Of a stretch of 64,000 bases of DNA, positions 56,498 to 64,000 are shown piece by piece. The notes below the pieces were generated by a model, which did not search any database, was not told the DNA's origin, and saw nothing but the letters and a program-made list of their open reading frames with translations. Origin of the DNA: an uncultured Planctomycetota bacterium (GTDB lineage Bacteria; Planctomycetota; Phycisphaerae; Tepidisphaerales; Tepidisphaeraceae); NCBI GenBank assembly GCA_963841915.1, contig CAWJEN010000005.1:544001-608000 (forward strand), in the 5' to 3' direction. Each line of letters opens with the position of its first letter. The first letter of the stretch is position 1. The translations under genes were made by a program, and so were the position numbers.

Positions 56498-57228
56498 TGT
56501 CGCCCAGGCAACTGGCGGCGTACAGCGTTCACGTGCTCACTGCGAGCGGGATCGTCTTCCTCTTTCTCGCCGCTGCGGAGTTGACGCGTGGCGACCCGCG
56601 GGCGTGGCTGATCTTCGTCTACTTCATCGCCGCGACCATCGTCGACGCCGTCGACGGCCCGCTGGCGCGGATGGTCGACATCAAGCACAGCGCTCCTGAT
56701 GTCGACGGACGCACGATCGACGACCTCGTCGACTACATCGGCTTCACGTTTTTGCCGCTGCTGATGATCTGGCGAATGGGCTGGGTGCCGGGCGGCACGG
56801 CGACGTGGGCGGGTGTGTGGGTTGCCATCCCGATGGTCGCGTCGCTGCTGGGCTTTGCCCACAAACACGCCAAAGACGAGGCTGCCGGCTTCTTCCGTGG
56901 GTTTCCGAGTTACTGGAACATCATCGCCCTCTACGCCGGTCTGTCGGCTGCTCTGCTCGGCGAAAGCGGGCTCTGGATCAACGCGATCGTGCTCCTGGGC
57001 CTTGCAGTCATGACGGTCTCACCCGTCTGGCTCGTCTACCCGAACCTCGCCCCGCGTCCCTGGAAGCTGGCGATCCTCGGCGGGTCGTACCTGTGGGCGT
57101 TGCTGCTGGTCGCGATGTTGCCGTGGTACCCGGGCAACGTGCCGGGCTGGCTCGTTGCCATCTCGCTGATCTACCCGGCGTTTTACCTCTGGCTCAGCCT
57201 TCACCTGCGACATCGCTGGCCCACGTGA
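56494..57228 (+). CDS. pcs: Phosphatidylcholine synthase (CDP-alcohol phosphatidyltransferase)
   Basis: VHVLTASG, DAVDGPLAR...DGRTIDDLVDY, FRGFPSYWN. Confidence 0.85.
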   Translation: MMSPRQLAAYSVHVLTASGIVFLFLAAAELTRGDPRAWLIFVYFIAATIVDAVDGPLARMVDIKHSAPDVDGRTIDDLVDYIGFTFLPLLMIWRMGWVPGGTATWAGVWVAIPMVASLLGFAHKHAKDEAAGFFRGFPSYWNIIALYAGLSAALLGESGLWINAIVLLGLAVMTVSPVWLVYPNLAPRPWKLAILGGSYLWALLLVAMLPWYPGNVPGWLVAISLIYPAFYLWLSLHLRHRWPT

Positions 57229-57232
57229 GCGT

Positions 57233-58246
57233 TCAAGCGGCCACGCTGGTGGAGACGAGTCGCTGTTCTGCGTACTGCTTGGCCGCGCGGGCAAACGCCG
57301 GTCGGCGGGCGTCGGTGAAGGCAAGCGACAACGACACCGCATGAGCTGTTCGTACATCGCGGTACGCGACACGATCGAAGAACGGCCGTGCCGCTGCGTA
57401 ACCCTGCAGGGCGGCGTCGGCGAGATCGATCGGCGTCGTCACCCGCAGCATCACCTCGAATGCTGCGTGGTCGTAACCTGGGTCACCGGCGTGGGCCGAC
57501 TCCCAATCAATCGCTGCTACAAGGCGTGGCCCGCGACGGATGATCTGGGCCGGGTGGTAGTCGCCGTGACATAGCGAGCCGACGGCCAACTGCGGCGGCT
57601 CGAAGCGGAGCAGGTCGCCCAACCGTTCTGCCGCTTCGCCACGGAAGAGCCGGGTGTCGAGGGCGCGGTCGATCTGGCGGCCGTGCCACGATTGGACGGG
57701 GCTAGGGGCCACGCCACCGGCGCTGATGGCCTCGTCACCACCGGACGCCCGGAGGTCGTGGACGCGTGCCAGGAAACGACCCAGTTGTTCGTAGAGCGAG
57801 CGACGATTGGCGTGCGAGAGACCGCTGGTATCGCTGGCGGTGCGGCGACCCATGTCGTCGCAGACAAACCACGCCCGGCCGATCTGTCCACGCTCGCCTT
57901 CGCCGCAATGCACCCGCGGGGCCGGCAGGGCGGCATCGCGGAGCAGCTTGTAGACACCCGGCTCGCGGACGACGCTGCCGGACGTGCCGCTGCGTCGATT
58001 GTCGCCGGGCCGCCTGGCCATCTTCAGGATCCGCCGCCGACCGTCCGCCAGACGGACGCGGCAGACGATGTTCTGCTGGCTCGGCAGGTGGTCTATCGAG
58101 GCGACCTGCCCGAGGCACCTGGCGACGATCCGTCGAACGTCGTCAAGATCGGTCGAGCTGATGGCGTGGCGAGGCATAACGACGTTGGGATGCCCACCAG
58201 AGCCGGCGGGACGAGGATAGCGGCCGTGTGGGTGCAGGTACGTCAT
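57233..58246 (-). CDS. Aminoglycoside phosphotransferase/choline-kinase-like protein
   Basis: RILK, LARVH, LCHGDYHPAQ, IDWESAHAGDPGYD; start uncertain. Confidence 0.85.
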   Translation of the reverse strand: MTYLHPHGRYPRPAGSGGHPNVVMPRHAISSTDLDDVRRIVARCLGQVASIDHLPSQQNIVCRVRLADGRRRILKMARRPGDNRRSGTSGSVVREPGVYKLLRDAALPAPRVHCGEGERGQIGRAWFVCDDMGRRTASDTSGLSHANRRSLYEQLGRFLARVHDLRASGGDEAISAGGVAPSPVQSWHGRQIDRALDTRLFRGEAAERLGDLLRFEPPQLAVGSLCHGDYHPAQIIRRGPRLVAAIDWESAHAGDPGYDHAAFEVMLRVTTPIDLADAALQGYAAARPFFDRVAYRDVRTAHAVSLSLAFTDARRPAFARAAKQYAEQRLVSTSVAA

Positions 58247-58324
58247 CGGCCGAGTGCTCCAACGGGAGGATCGGCAAATTCCAACCTCAGCTTGAGATCG
58301 CAGCCACTTCGGGCATGAGACTCG

Positions 58325-59044
58325 TCAGACTGCGACACTGCCCGGCTGCTGTGTTTCCTGCACGCCGCCGACGAAGGATCGCATCTTGTACAGGAACAGA
58401 ATGGACAAGACACTCGAGCCCACGTCGAAGATTGACGAGATGAAGAACCCGGACCGTGAGTCCATCATTACCTCGATGATGGTCCCGATGACACTGACAA
58501 TGACGCTGAGAATGAACAGCGTGTAGGCCGACTGACCACGGTTGAAATCGCCGGTCACGTTGCCGGCTCCGGTGATCTGCCACAGGTCACGCAGCACGCG
58601 GCCGATGACGACGAGGTTGAGCAGCGGAATGAACCACCAGCCGACGCTCCAACCGGGCGAGTATCTGGGTTCGAGGCCTGCCGAACGTGCATTCGCGTTG
58701 GCCCGATACTGCCACATCATGTAGTAGACGATGGCCAGGATCTGGATGACCAGAATGATGACCAGAATGACGATTCCGAAGATTGCACCAGCGCATCCGA
58801 CCACCATGATCGACGGATTGACCGTGTTAGACCCCGGCTCAAACCACTGGCCAAAGTAGTTGGGTGCAAATAGTGCGGCGACGATGGCGACAGAGCCAAA
58901 GATCAGCGTCACGATGGAGAAGATCGCGTAAAGACCGAGGTACTTAATCGCTTTCGTCGCCCGTTCCGAGTTGTCGAGAAAGGTGGGCTGGTCGCGTTTG
59001 GCATAACCGAGCGGCTCGACGGGCGTGGCCTGTGGGTCACTCAT
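58325..59044 (-). CDS. DUF4328 domain membrane protein
   Basis: WQYRANAN, YSPGWSVGWWFIPLLNL. Confidence 0.85.
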   Translation of the reverse strand: MSDPQATPVEPLGYAKRDQPTFLDNSERATKAIKYLGLYAIFSIVTLIFGSVAIVAALFAPNYFGQWFEPGSNTVNPSIMVVGCAGAIFGIVILVIILVIQILAIVYYMMWQYRANANARSAGLEPRYSPGWSVGWWFIPLLNLVVIGRVLRDLWQITGAGNVTGDFNRGQSAYTLFILSVIVSVIGTIIEVMMDSRSGFFISSIFDVGSSVLSILFLYKMRSFVGGVQETQQPGSVAV

Positions 59045-59123
59045 ATCGGCGAGTTTGCTCGTTGGTGGACTGCGTTGCAAGCCGAAGATGCGACTCCCGG
59101 GCGGCCGTCGCATAGAAGTGGTC

Positions 59124-59801
59124 GTGAAGCGACAAACCCTTATTGTCTGTATCGGGCTGGCCATCGGGCTGACGTTCATGTTCTCCCACGCCTTTGCAGC
59201 CGAGGGCAAGGCGGTCCTGCCGCCGAAGCCGACGGAGCTTGTCGACCCGTTCGCCGGTGAAGATTCGGCCACCGTCGTGCTGGCAGGTGGGTGCTTCTGG
59301 TGCACGGAACTGGCGATGGAGCAACTCAAGGGCGTCACCGACGTCGTCAGCGGCTACGCCGGCGACACGAAGGAGCAAGCGACGTACGAACTCGTCGCCA
59401 ACGGCCGCACCGATCATGCCGAGGTCATTCAGGTCACCTACGACCCCCGGCAGATCACGCTCGGCGAGCTGTACCGCGCGTTCTTCCTCGTTCACAACCC
59501 AACACAGCTCAACGGCCAAGGCCCCGACATCGGCCGCCAATACCGCTCGGCAGTCTTCTACGCCAGCGACGCCGAAAAGCAGGCCGCACAGACGTACATC
59601 GCCCAGCTCAACGACAGCGACCTGTACGACAAGCCGATCGTGACGACCGTCGAGCCCATCGGCGACGGCTTCTTCGCCGCCGAGGACTACCACCAGGACT
59701 ACGTCGAAAAGAACCCAGAGAACCCGTACGTTATGATGTACGCGTTCCCGAAGGTCGAGAAGCTCAAGCAGTACCTGCCCGACCTGCTCAAGAGCGAGTG
59801 A
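59124..59801 (+). CDS. msrA: Peptide-methionine (S)-S-oxide reductase with export signal
   Basis: AGGCFWCTE, SGYAG, HAEV, QYRSAVF, AEDYHQDY; N-terminal signal peptide. Confidence 0.93.
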   Translation: MKRQTLIVCIGLAIGLTFMFSHAFAAEGKAVLPPKPTELVDPFAGEDSATVVLAGGCFWCTELAMEQLKGVTDVVSGYAGDTKEQATYELVANGRTDHAEVIQVTYDPRQITLGELYRAFFLVHNPTQLNGQGPDIGRQYRSAVFYASDAEKQAAQTYIAQLNDSDLYDKPIVTTVEPIGDGFFAAEDYHQDYVEKNPENPYVMMYAFPKVEKLKQYLPDLLKSE

Positions 59802-59822
59802 GCCCGCGGGCCAGACTGCCGT

Positions 59823-60848
59823 CTACAACCGCACGAGGGCGCTGCCCCACGTCAATCCCGCGCCGACCGCCAGGAACAGGACGAGGTCACCCTTGGTCGC
59901 TCGGCCGGCTTTGAGGGCTTCGTCGAGGGCGATCGGCACGCTGGCGGCGCTGGTGTTGCCGTACTTGTCGATGTTGATGACCGCCTTGTCGCGGTCGAGG
60001 CCCAGACGGCTCAGGGCACTGTCGATGATGCGCAGGTTGCTCTGGTGCGGGACGACGAGCTTGATCTGCTCGGCGGTGTAGCCGGTCTGCCGCATCACGC
60101 GGTCGACGAGCTCGTTGAGCCGCGTGACGGCGAATTTGAAGACCTCGCGGCCACGCATCTGCAGGTGATGCTGGCCGCTGGCGACCATCTTTTCGTTGAT
60201 CGGGTGGCGACTTCCGACGGGGCAGTTGATGAGCTCCCACCCGCCACCGTCGGCGTGGAGCTCGCTGAAAAGCAGGCCACGCTCGTTGTCTTCGCTTGCG
60301 CTGAGCACCGCCGCCCCGGCGCCGTCGCCCCAGAGGATGCAGCTCGTCCGGTCGCCGTAGTCGGTCACGCTGCTGAGCTTGTCGGCCCCGACGAGCAGGA
60401 CATTCCTGTACCGGCCGCTTTCGATGAGGGCGCTGCCGAACTGCAACCCGTAGACAAACCCGCTGCAGGCGGCGTTGAGGTCGACGGCGGGCGTGCGGTC
60501 GAGACCCAGCGAGTGGGCCACAAAGCACGCAGCGGCAGGCGTCATCATGTCGGGCGTGATCGTCGCCACGAGGATCAGGTCCAGGTCCTTAGCCTCGAGG
60601 TGCGCGTCCTTCAGCGCCCGCGTCGCCGCCCGGCTGGCCAGCACGCTTGTCGGCTCGTCGGGGCCTGCGACGCGACGCTCCTTGATGCCGGTCCGCTGGA
60701 TGATCCACTCGTCGGTCGTGTCGACAAGCTTGGCCAGATCCTCGTTCGTCATCCGCTTCTCGGGCAGGTAACTACCCGTGCCGGCAATCACGGCACGATG
60801 GAGCGGGATGTGCTGACGGACTTCTCTCGGCTCAAGCGTCTCGGACAT
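59823..60848 (-). CDS. fabH: Beta-ketoacyl-ACP synthase III
   Basis: TGIKERR, DLNAACSGF, PHQSNLRII, YGNTSAAS, GAGLTWG. Confidence 0.96.
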   Translation of the reverse strand: MSETLEPREVRQHIPLHRAVIAGTGSYLPEKRMTNEDLAKLVDTTDEWIIQRTGIKERRVAGPDEPTSVLASRAATRALKDAHLEAKDLDLILVATITPDMMTPAAACFVAHSLGLDRTPAVDLNAACSGFVYGLQFGSALIESGRYRNVLLVGADKLSSVTDYGDRTSCILWGDGAGAAVLSASEDNERGLLFSELHADGGGWELINCPVGSRHPINEKMVASGQHHLQMRGREVFKFAVTRLNELVDRVMRQTGYTAEQIKLVVPHQSNLRIIDSALSRLGLDRDKAVINIDKYGNTSAASVPIALDEALKAGRATKGDLVLFLAVGAGLTWGSALVRL

Positions 60849-60865
60849 GGGCGGCAACGGTAGGA

Positions 60866-60881
60866 CGTTCCACGTGGAACC
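60866..60881. other. parS site (14-bp palindromic core)
   Basis: CGTTCCACGTGGAACC. Confidence 0.8.
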
Positions 60882-60908
60882 TGCAGCGCCCTGCCAGGTA
60901 CCACCACC

Positions 60909-61946
60909 TCAGGTAGCGTCGGCATCGCTTTGGGCGACGTGGTTGATGATCTTCGTGTTCACGTCACTGGCGACCAGCTCGCGACCGGCCCGAAGGGCGT
61001 TCTGGATCGTCCGGGCGTCGCTGGCGCCGTGGGCGATGAGCGTGTAGCCGTTGACGCCCAGCAGCGGGGCACCGCCGTATTCCTGCCAGTCGTGGCGACG
61101 CTTGATCTTGCCCAGCACCTGCTTGAACGGGTCGACAAGCTGCGGCGCACTCTCTGCCAGCTCGAAGAGCATCGTGCGGAACAAGCCCTCGAAGAGCCCT
61201 TCGAAGCTTTTGAGCATGACGTTGCCGACGAAGCCGTCGCAGACGACGACGTCGACGACGCCCTTGAAGAAGTCACGACCTTCGAGGTTGCCGACGAAGT
61301 TGATCTGACCTTCAGCCCGGAGCAGTTTGTGCGACTCCTTCGTGACATCGTTGCCCTTGGCCGCCTCTTCGCCGACGCTGATGAGGCCGACGCGGGGCAG
61401 TTCGACGCCGCAAACGGCTCGGGCGTAGGCCGCTGCCATGATGGCGTAATGCAACAGGTGGTGCGGCTGCGGGTCGACATTTGCCCCGGCGTCGCACAGA
61501 ACGACAGGCCCGTGAAACGTCGGAATAACGACCGCAATGCCAGGCCGACTCACGCCCGGCAGCGTCCGCATGCGAAGCTGACTCGCCGCCACGCACGCGC
61601 CCGTGTTGCCGGCCGAGATGAAGACGTCGGCCTCCTTGTCGGCGACCAGCTTGGCGGCAATGCCGATCGAGCTCTTCTTTTTCTTACGAATCGCCTCGAC
61701 CGGTGACTCGTCCATCGCGATGACCTCCTCGGCGTGGACGATCTCGAACTGGCTGCGTTTGTCGCCCAGGTCTGCCGCGTCGAGGGCCGGCCGGATGACC
61801 GCCTCGTCGCCGACAAGTAGAATCCGCTCCCCCTCTGCCATCTCACCGACCGAGGCGAAGCAGCCTTCCAAAATGGCATCCGGGGCCTTGTCGCCGCCCA
61901 TCACATCGACGGCGGCAGTCATCGCAGGTCGCTTCTCATCTGGCAT
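60909..61946 (-). CDS. plsX: Phosphate acyltransferase PlsX
   Basis: AVDVMGGDKAP, SAGNTGA, DAGANVD, GEEAAKGN, CDGFVGN, YGGAPLLGV, HGAS. Confidence 0.96.
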   Translation of the reverse strand: MPDEKRPAMTAAVDVMGGDKAPDAILEGCFASVGEMAEGERILLVGDEAVIRPALDAADLGDKRSQFEIVHAEEVIAMDESPVEAIRKKKKSSIGIAAKLVADKEADVFISAGNTGACVAASQLRMRTLPGVSRPGIAVVIPTFHGPVVLCDAGANVDPQPHHLLHYAIMAAAYARAVCGVELPRVGLISVGEEAAKGNDVTKESHKLLRAEGQINFVGNLEGRDFFKGVVDVVVCDGFVGNVMLKSFEGLFEGLFRTMLFELAESAPQLVDPFKQVLGKIKRRHDWQEYGGAPLLGVNGYTLIAHGASDARTIQNALRAGRELVASDVNTKIINHVAQSDADAT

Positions 61947-62039
61947 GGCCGCAGCATATCCCCGGCTGATGTCGACCGCCCGACATGCGCTGCGCCGCGG
62001 CGGCCAAATGGACGGTGGCGACGTCGCCTGAGCCCCAAA

Positions 62040-62055
62040 TGTTCCACGTGGAACA
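62040..62055. other. parS site
   Basis: Perfect palindrome TGTTCCACGTGGAACA. Confidence 0.9.
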
Positions 62056-62113
62056 TTCCAAACCCTCGCCACGCTCCGCCAGCCGGGTCGGCGACGTCGG
62101 CCGAGGTGCAACC

Positions 62114-62129
62114 TGTTCCACGTGGAACA
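62114..62129. other. parS site
   Basis: Perfect palindrome TGTTCCACGTGGAACA. Confidence 0.9.
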
Positions 62130-62215
62130 CGAAAGCACGCCGCAAGTGCGTCGGCGGGTCGTCCGCCATCCGGAAAAGTACGTATCGGCCGATGCAGATT
62201 TTCGTCGCCGATTCG

Positions 62216-62435
62216 TCACACATCGGACGCTGCCAGAGGCGGTCCATCCGCCGCCGGCGCTGCGCCGCGGCGGCCGCCGTTGGCCTCGGCACCGCACTCC
62301 GGACACATTGTCCCGCCGCCCCGCAGGTCGTAGCCGCAGGTGAGACACAAGCCGCCGGCTCGTCGCCGACTCCGCCTGCGTCGCCGCACCCATCGCATGA
62401 GGTCCCATGCTAACGACAACCGTCGCGTGCGAACG
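62216..62435 (-). pseudogene. 3' remnant of a CGYDLR...CPECG zinc-ribbon membrane protein
   Basis: RRRRAGGLCLTCGYDLRGGGTMCPECG; the 5' part is replaced by the inverted-repeat element. Confidence 0.6.
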
Positions 62436-62657
62436 CCAGAGCCGCGGTCCCACGGACCGCCGGTCTGACGAACATCGCCGCGAAGGCGGGCGTGTCCTCC
62501 AGGCGGGGCGTGCTGATTGTCGAGATGGGGACGGTGTGCGGGACGCTGCGGTCTTGGTGCGGTTCGCTTCGTTGTAATTGGGGTGGGTTAACGGGAAGAC
62601 ATGTGCCGGGTGCTATTTAAATCGTCAGACCGGCGGTCCGTGGGACCGCGGCTCTGG
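62436..62657. mobile_element. MITE/REPIN-like non-autonomous element with perfect 36-bp terminal inverted repeats
   Basis: CCAGAGCCGCGGTCCCACGGACCGCCGGTCTGACGA (62436-62471) and its exact reverse complement (62622-62657); 150-bp spacer. Confidence 0.75.
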
Positions 62658-62705
62658 GGGCACTGCAAGAAGACATCATTGCTGTTGCTCGTATGGGGTG
62701 ACGCC

Positions 62706-63464
62706 TCACGTCATCTGCTCGACGCGGAGCCAGTCGGTCGCCATCAGCGTCGTCCTGGCCTGCTGCCACCAGCGGCGGCCGAAGTAGATCACGCGGATCT
62801 CCAGGCTCAACTTCCCGTTGTCCTTGCCCGGTGGCGGCTCGATCCGCACGCCACCGACCCTGGCCCTGCCGACGCTGCGGATGAGCGTCTCGAACCGTTC
62901 TGCGACGTCTGCCGACCGCTCGACCGTGACGCGGATGCGTCGGCGGTGCCAGCGGGGCAGGCGATTTTCGATGACGTTCAGCATCGTCAGCGTCGTGAGC
63001 AACCCGAGCGTCGCCCCGACGGCCAGGACGTACTGCCCGAGCCCGGCTGCCAGGCCGATGGCGGCCGTCGCCCACACACCCGCCGCCGTCGTGAGCCCGT
63101 GGATTCGGCTGCCGCGACGCAGGATCGCCCCGGCCCCCAGGAACCCGACGCCCGTCATGACGCCATAGGCGATGCGGCCGGGGTCGACGCTGACGACAAT
63201 CGACGCGTCAGACCCCGCCGCCGCCTGCCACGGAACGTTGACCATGGCGACCGAGACGGCCATGACGAGCGCACTGCCGCCGCACACGAGGATGTGCGTC
63301 CGCATGCCCGCCGGGTGACCGCTGACTTCTCGCTCGACACCGACAAGTCCGCCGAGCAAGCCGGCCAGGACGAGCTTGGCCAACGAAGCGCCCGTCACGC
63401 CGAGCGACCCGGCGGCGTCGGTCGCGCCTGCCTGCAACACGTCCAAGATCGGCCCAGGCTCCAT
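62706..63464 (-). CDS. MgtC/SapB family membrane protein
   Basis: GGLVGVERE, PAGMRTH, DPGRIA, GVGFLGAG, GLTTAAGVW. Confidence 0.93.
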   Translation of the reverse strand: MEPGPILDVLQAGATDAAGSLGVTGASLAKLVLAGLLGGLVGVEREVSGHPAGMRTHILVCGGSALVMAVSVAMVNVPWQAAAGSDASIVVSVDPGRIAYGVMTGVGFLGAGAILRRGSRIHGLTTAAGVWATAAIGLAAGLGQYVLAVGATLGLLTTLTMLNVIENRLPRWHRRRIRVTVERSADVAERFETLIRSVGRARVGGVRIEPPPGKDNGKLSLEIRVIYFGRRWWQQARTTLMATDWLRVEQMT

Positions 63465-63495
63465 GGGGCAACCGTACCCGAAACGCCTGCGTCTG

Positions 63496-64000
63496 TTAAG
63501 CAACCACCAACCGTGCGGCCCCGCGGGCGGCATGGAAGTCGTCGTCGCCGAAGCCCAAGGTCCAGCCATCTCTGGCGAGGTTCGTCAGACGATGGTTCGT
63601 CGCGTCAAGCAGGCCCTGCCGTAGATGCACGAGCCGCCGACCAACGCCGCCCAGCAGGGCGATGTGGTGTGGCCGATAGAGCGCGTGGGCGATACGGAGC
63701 AGCCGAACCAGCGCCCGCACCGCGTCGTCGCTCATGTCAAGCTGCGTCGGATCGGCGATGCGGCCGAGATACGCCTCGACACCGCCCGCACCGCCGTCCG
63801 GGCCGATCGGCGGATCTTCGTCGAGCGACACGTCGAGCTGCCCCAGGTGTCCCGGCGAGTCACCGTCGACGGTGCAGGATCTGGCCCAGCGGGTGGTCGT
63901 CGCTCACGTCCAGCACGCACCCGCCGACACCGGTGCCGATGCTGACCGCCAGCAGCCGCCCGCGCAGTTGCCGCGTCGCCGCCACATCGACGGCGGCGGC
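63496..64000 (-). CDS. ROK family protein, C-terminal part (5' end outside window), 1-nt frameshift near 63871
   Basis: LAVSIGTGVGG in one frame; PGHLGQLDV...GGVEAY...ALLGG in the next; removing one base joins them. Confidence 0.7.

Overview
This is a GC-rich chromosomal window, most likely from a Planctomycetota genome (Phycisphaerae/Tepidisphaerales-like). That call rests on a short 5S rRNA, a 23S-5S unit unlinked from 16S, DUF1559 and PEP-CTERM proteins, and recurrent xTQP linkers. Most of it is housekeeping: metH (partial), murD, nusA, ugpC-like ATPase, dprA, ppx, asnS, groES/groEL, ubiX, M32 peptidase, S1 paralog, htpX/lemA, 23S-5S rRNA, ymdB, efp, pcs, msrA, fabH, plsX and mgtC. Six features stand out. 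(1) Twelve copies of an AAGGGGTCGCGAGC repeat bracket single accessory genes like cassettes (10.3-11.7 kb and 27.5-29.6 kb), and three of these genes carry an N-terminal (L/I)DY motif. (2) An orphan, translationally coupled five-gene operon at 42.9-46.6 kb encodes a lipoprotein, a permuted papain-like amidase, a holin-like protein and two exported beta-helix proteins, with no other phage genes nearby. (3) At least 15 genes have a TANNNT -10 box only 5-8 nt before the start codon, suggesting pervasive leaderless mRNA. (4) Three parS palindromes suggest the replication origin lies to the right. (5) A 191-bp promoter/leader is duplicated, and a perfect 36-bp inverted-repeat element truncates a gene. 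(6) EF-P has Asn at the normally modified loop tip. Three single-base frameshifts in otherwise intact genes are probably sequencing errors. All calls come from reading the sequence by eye; no database searches were run.
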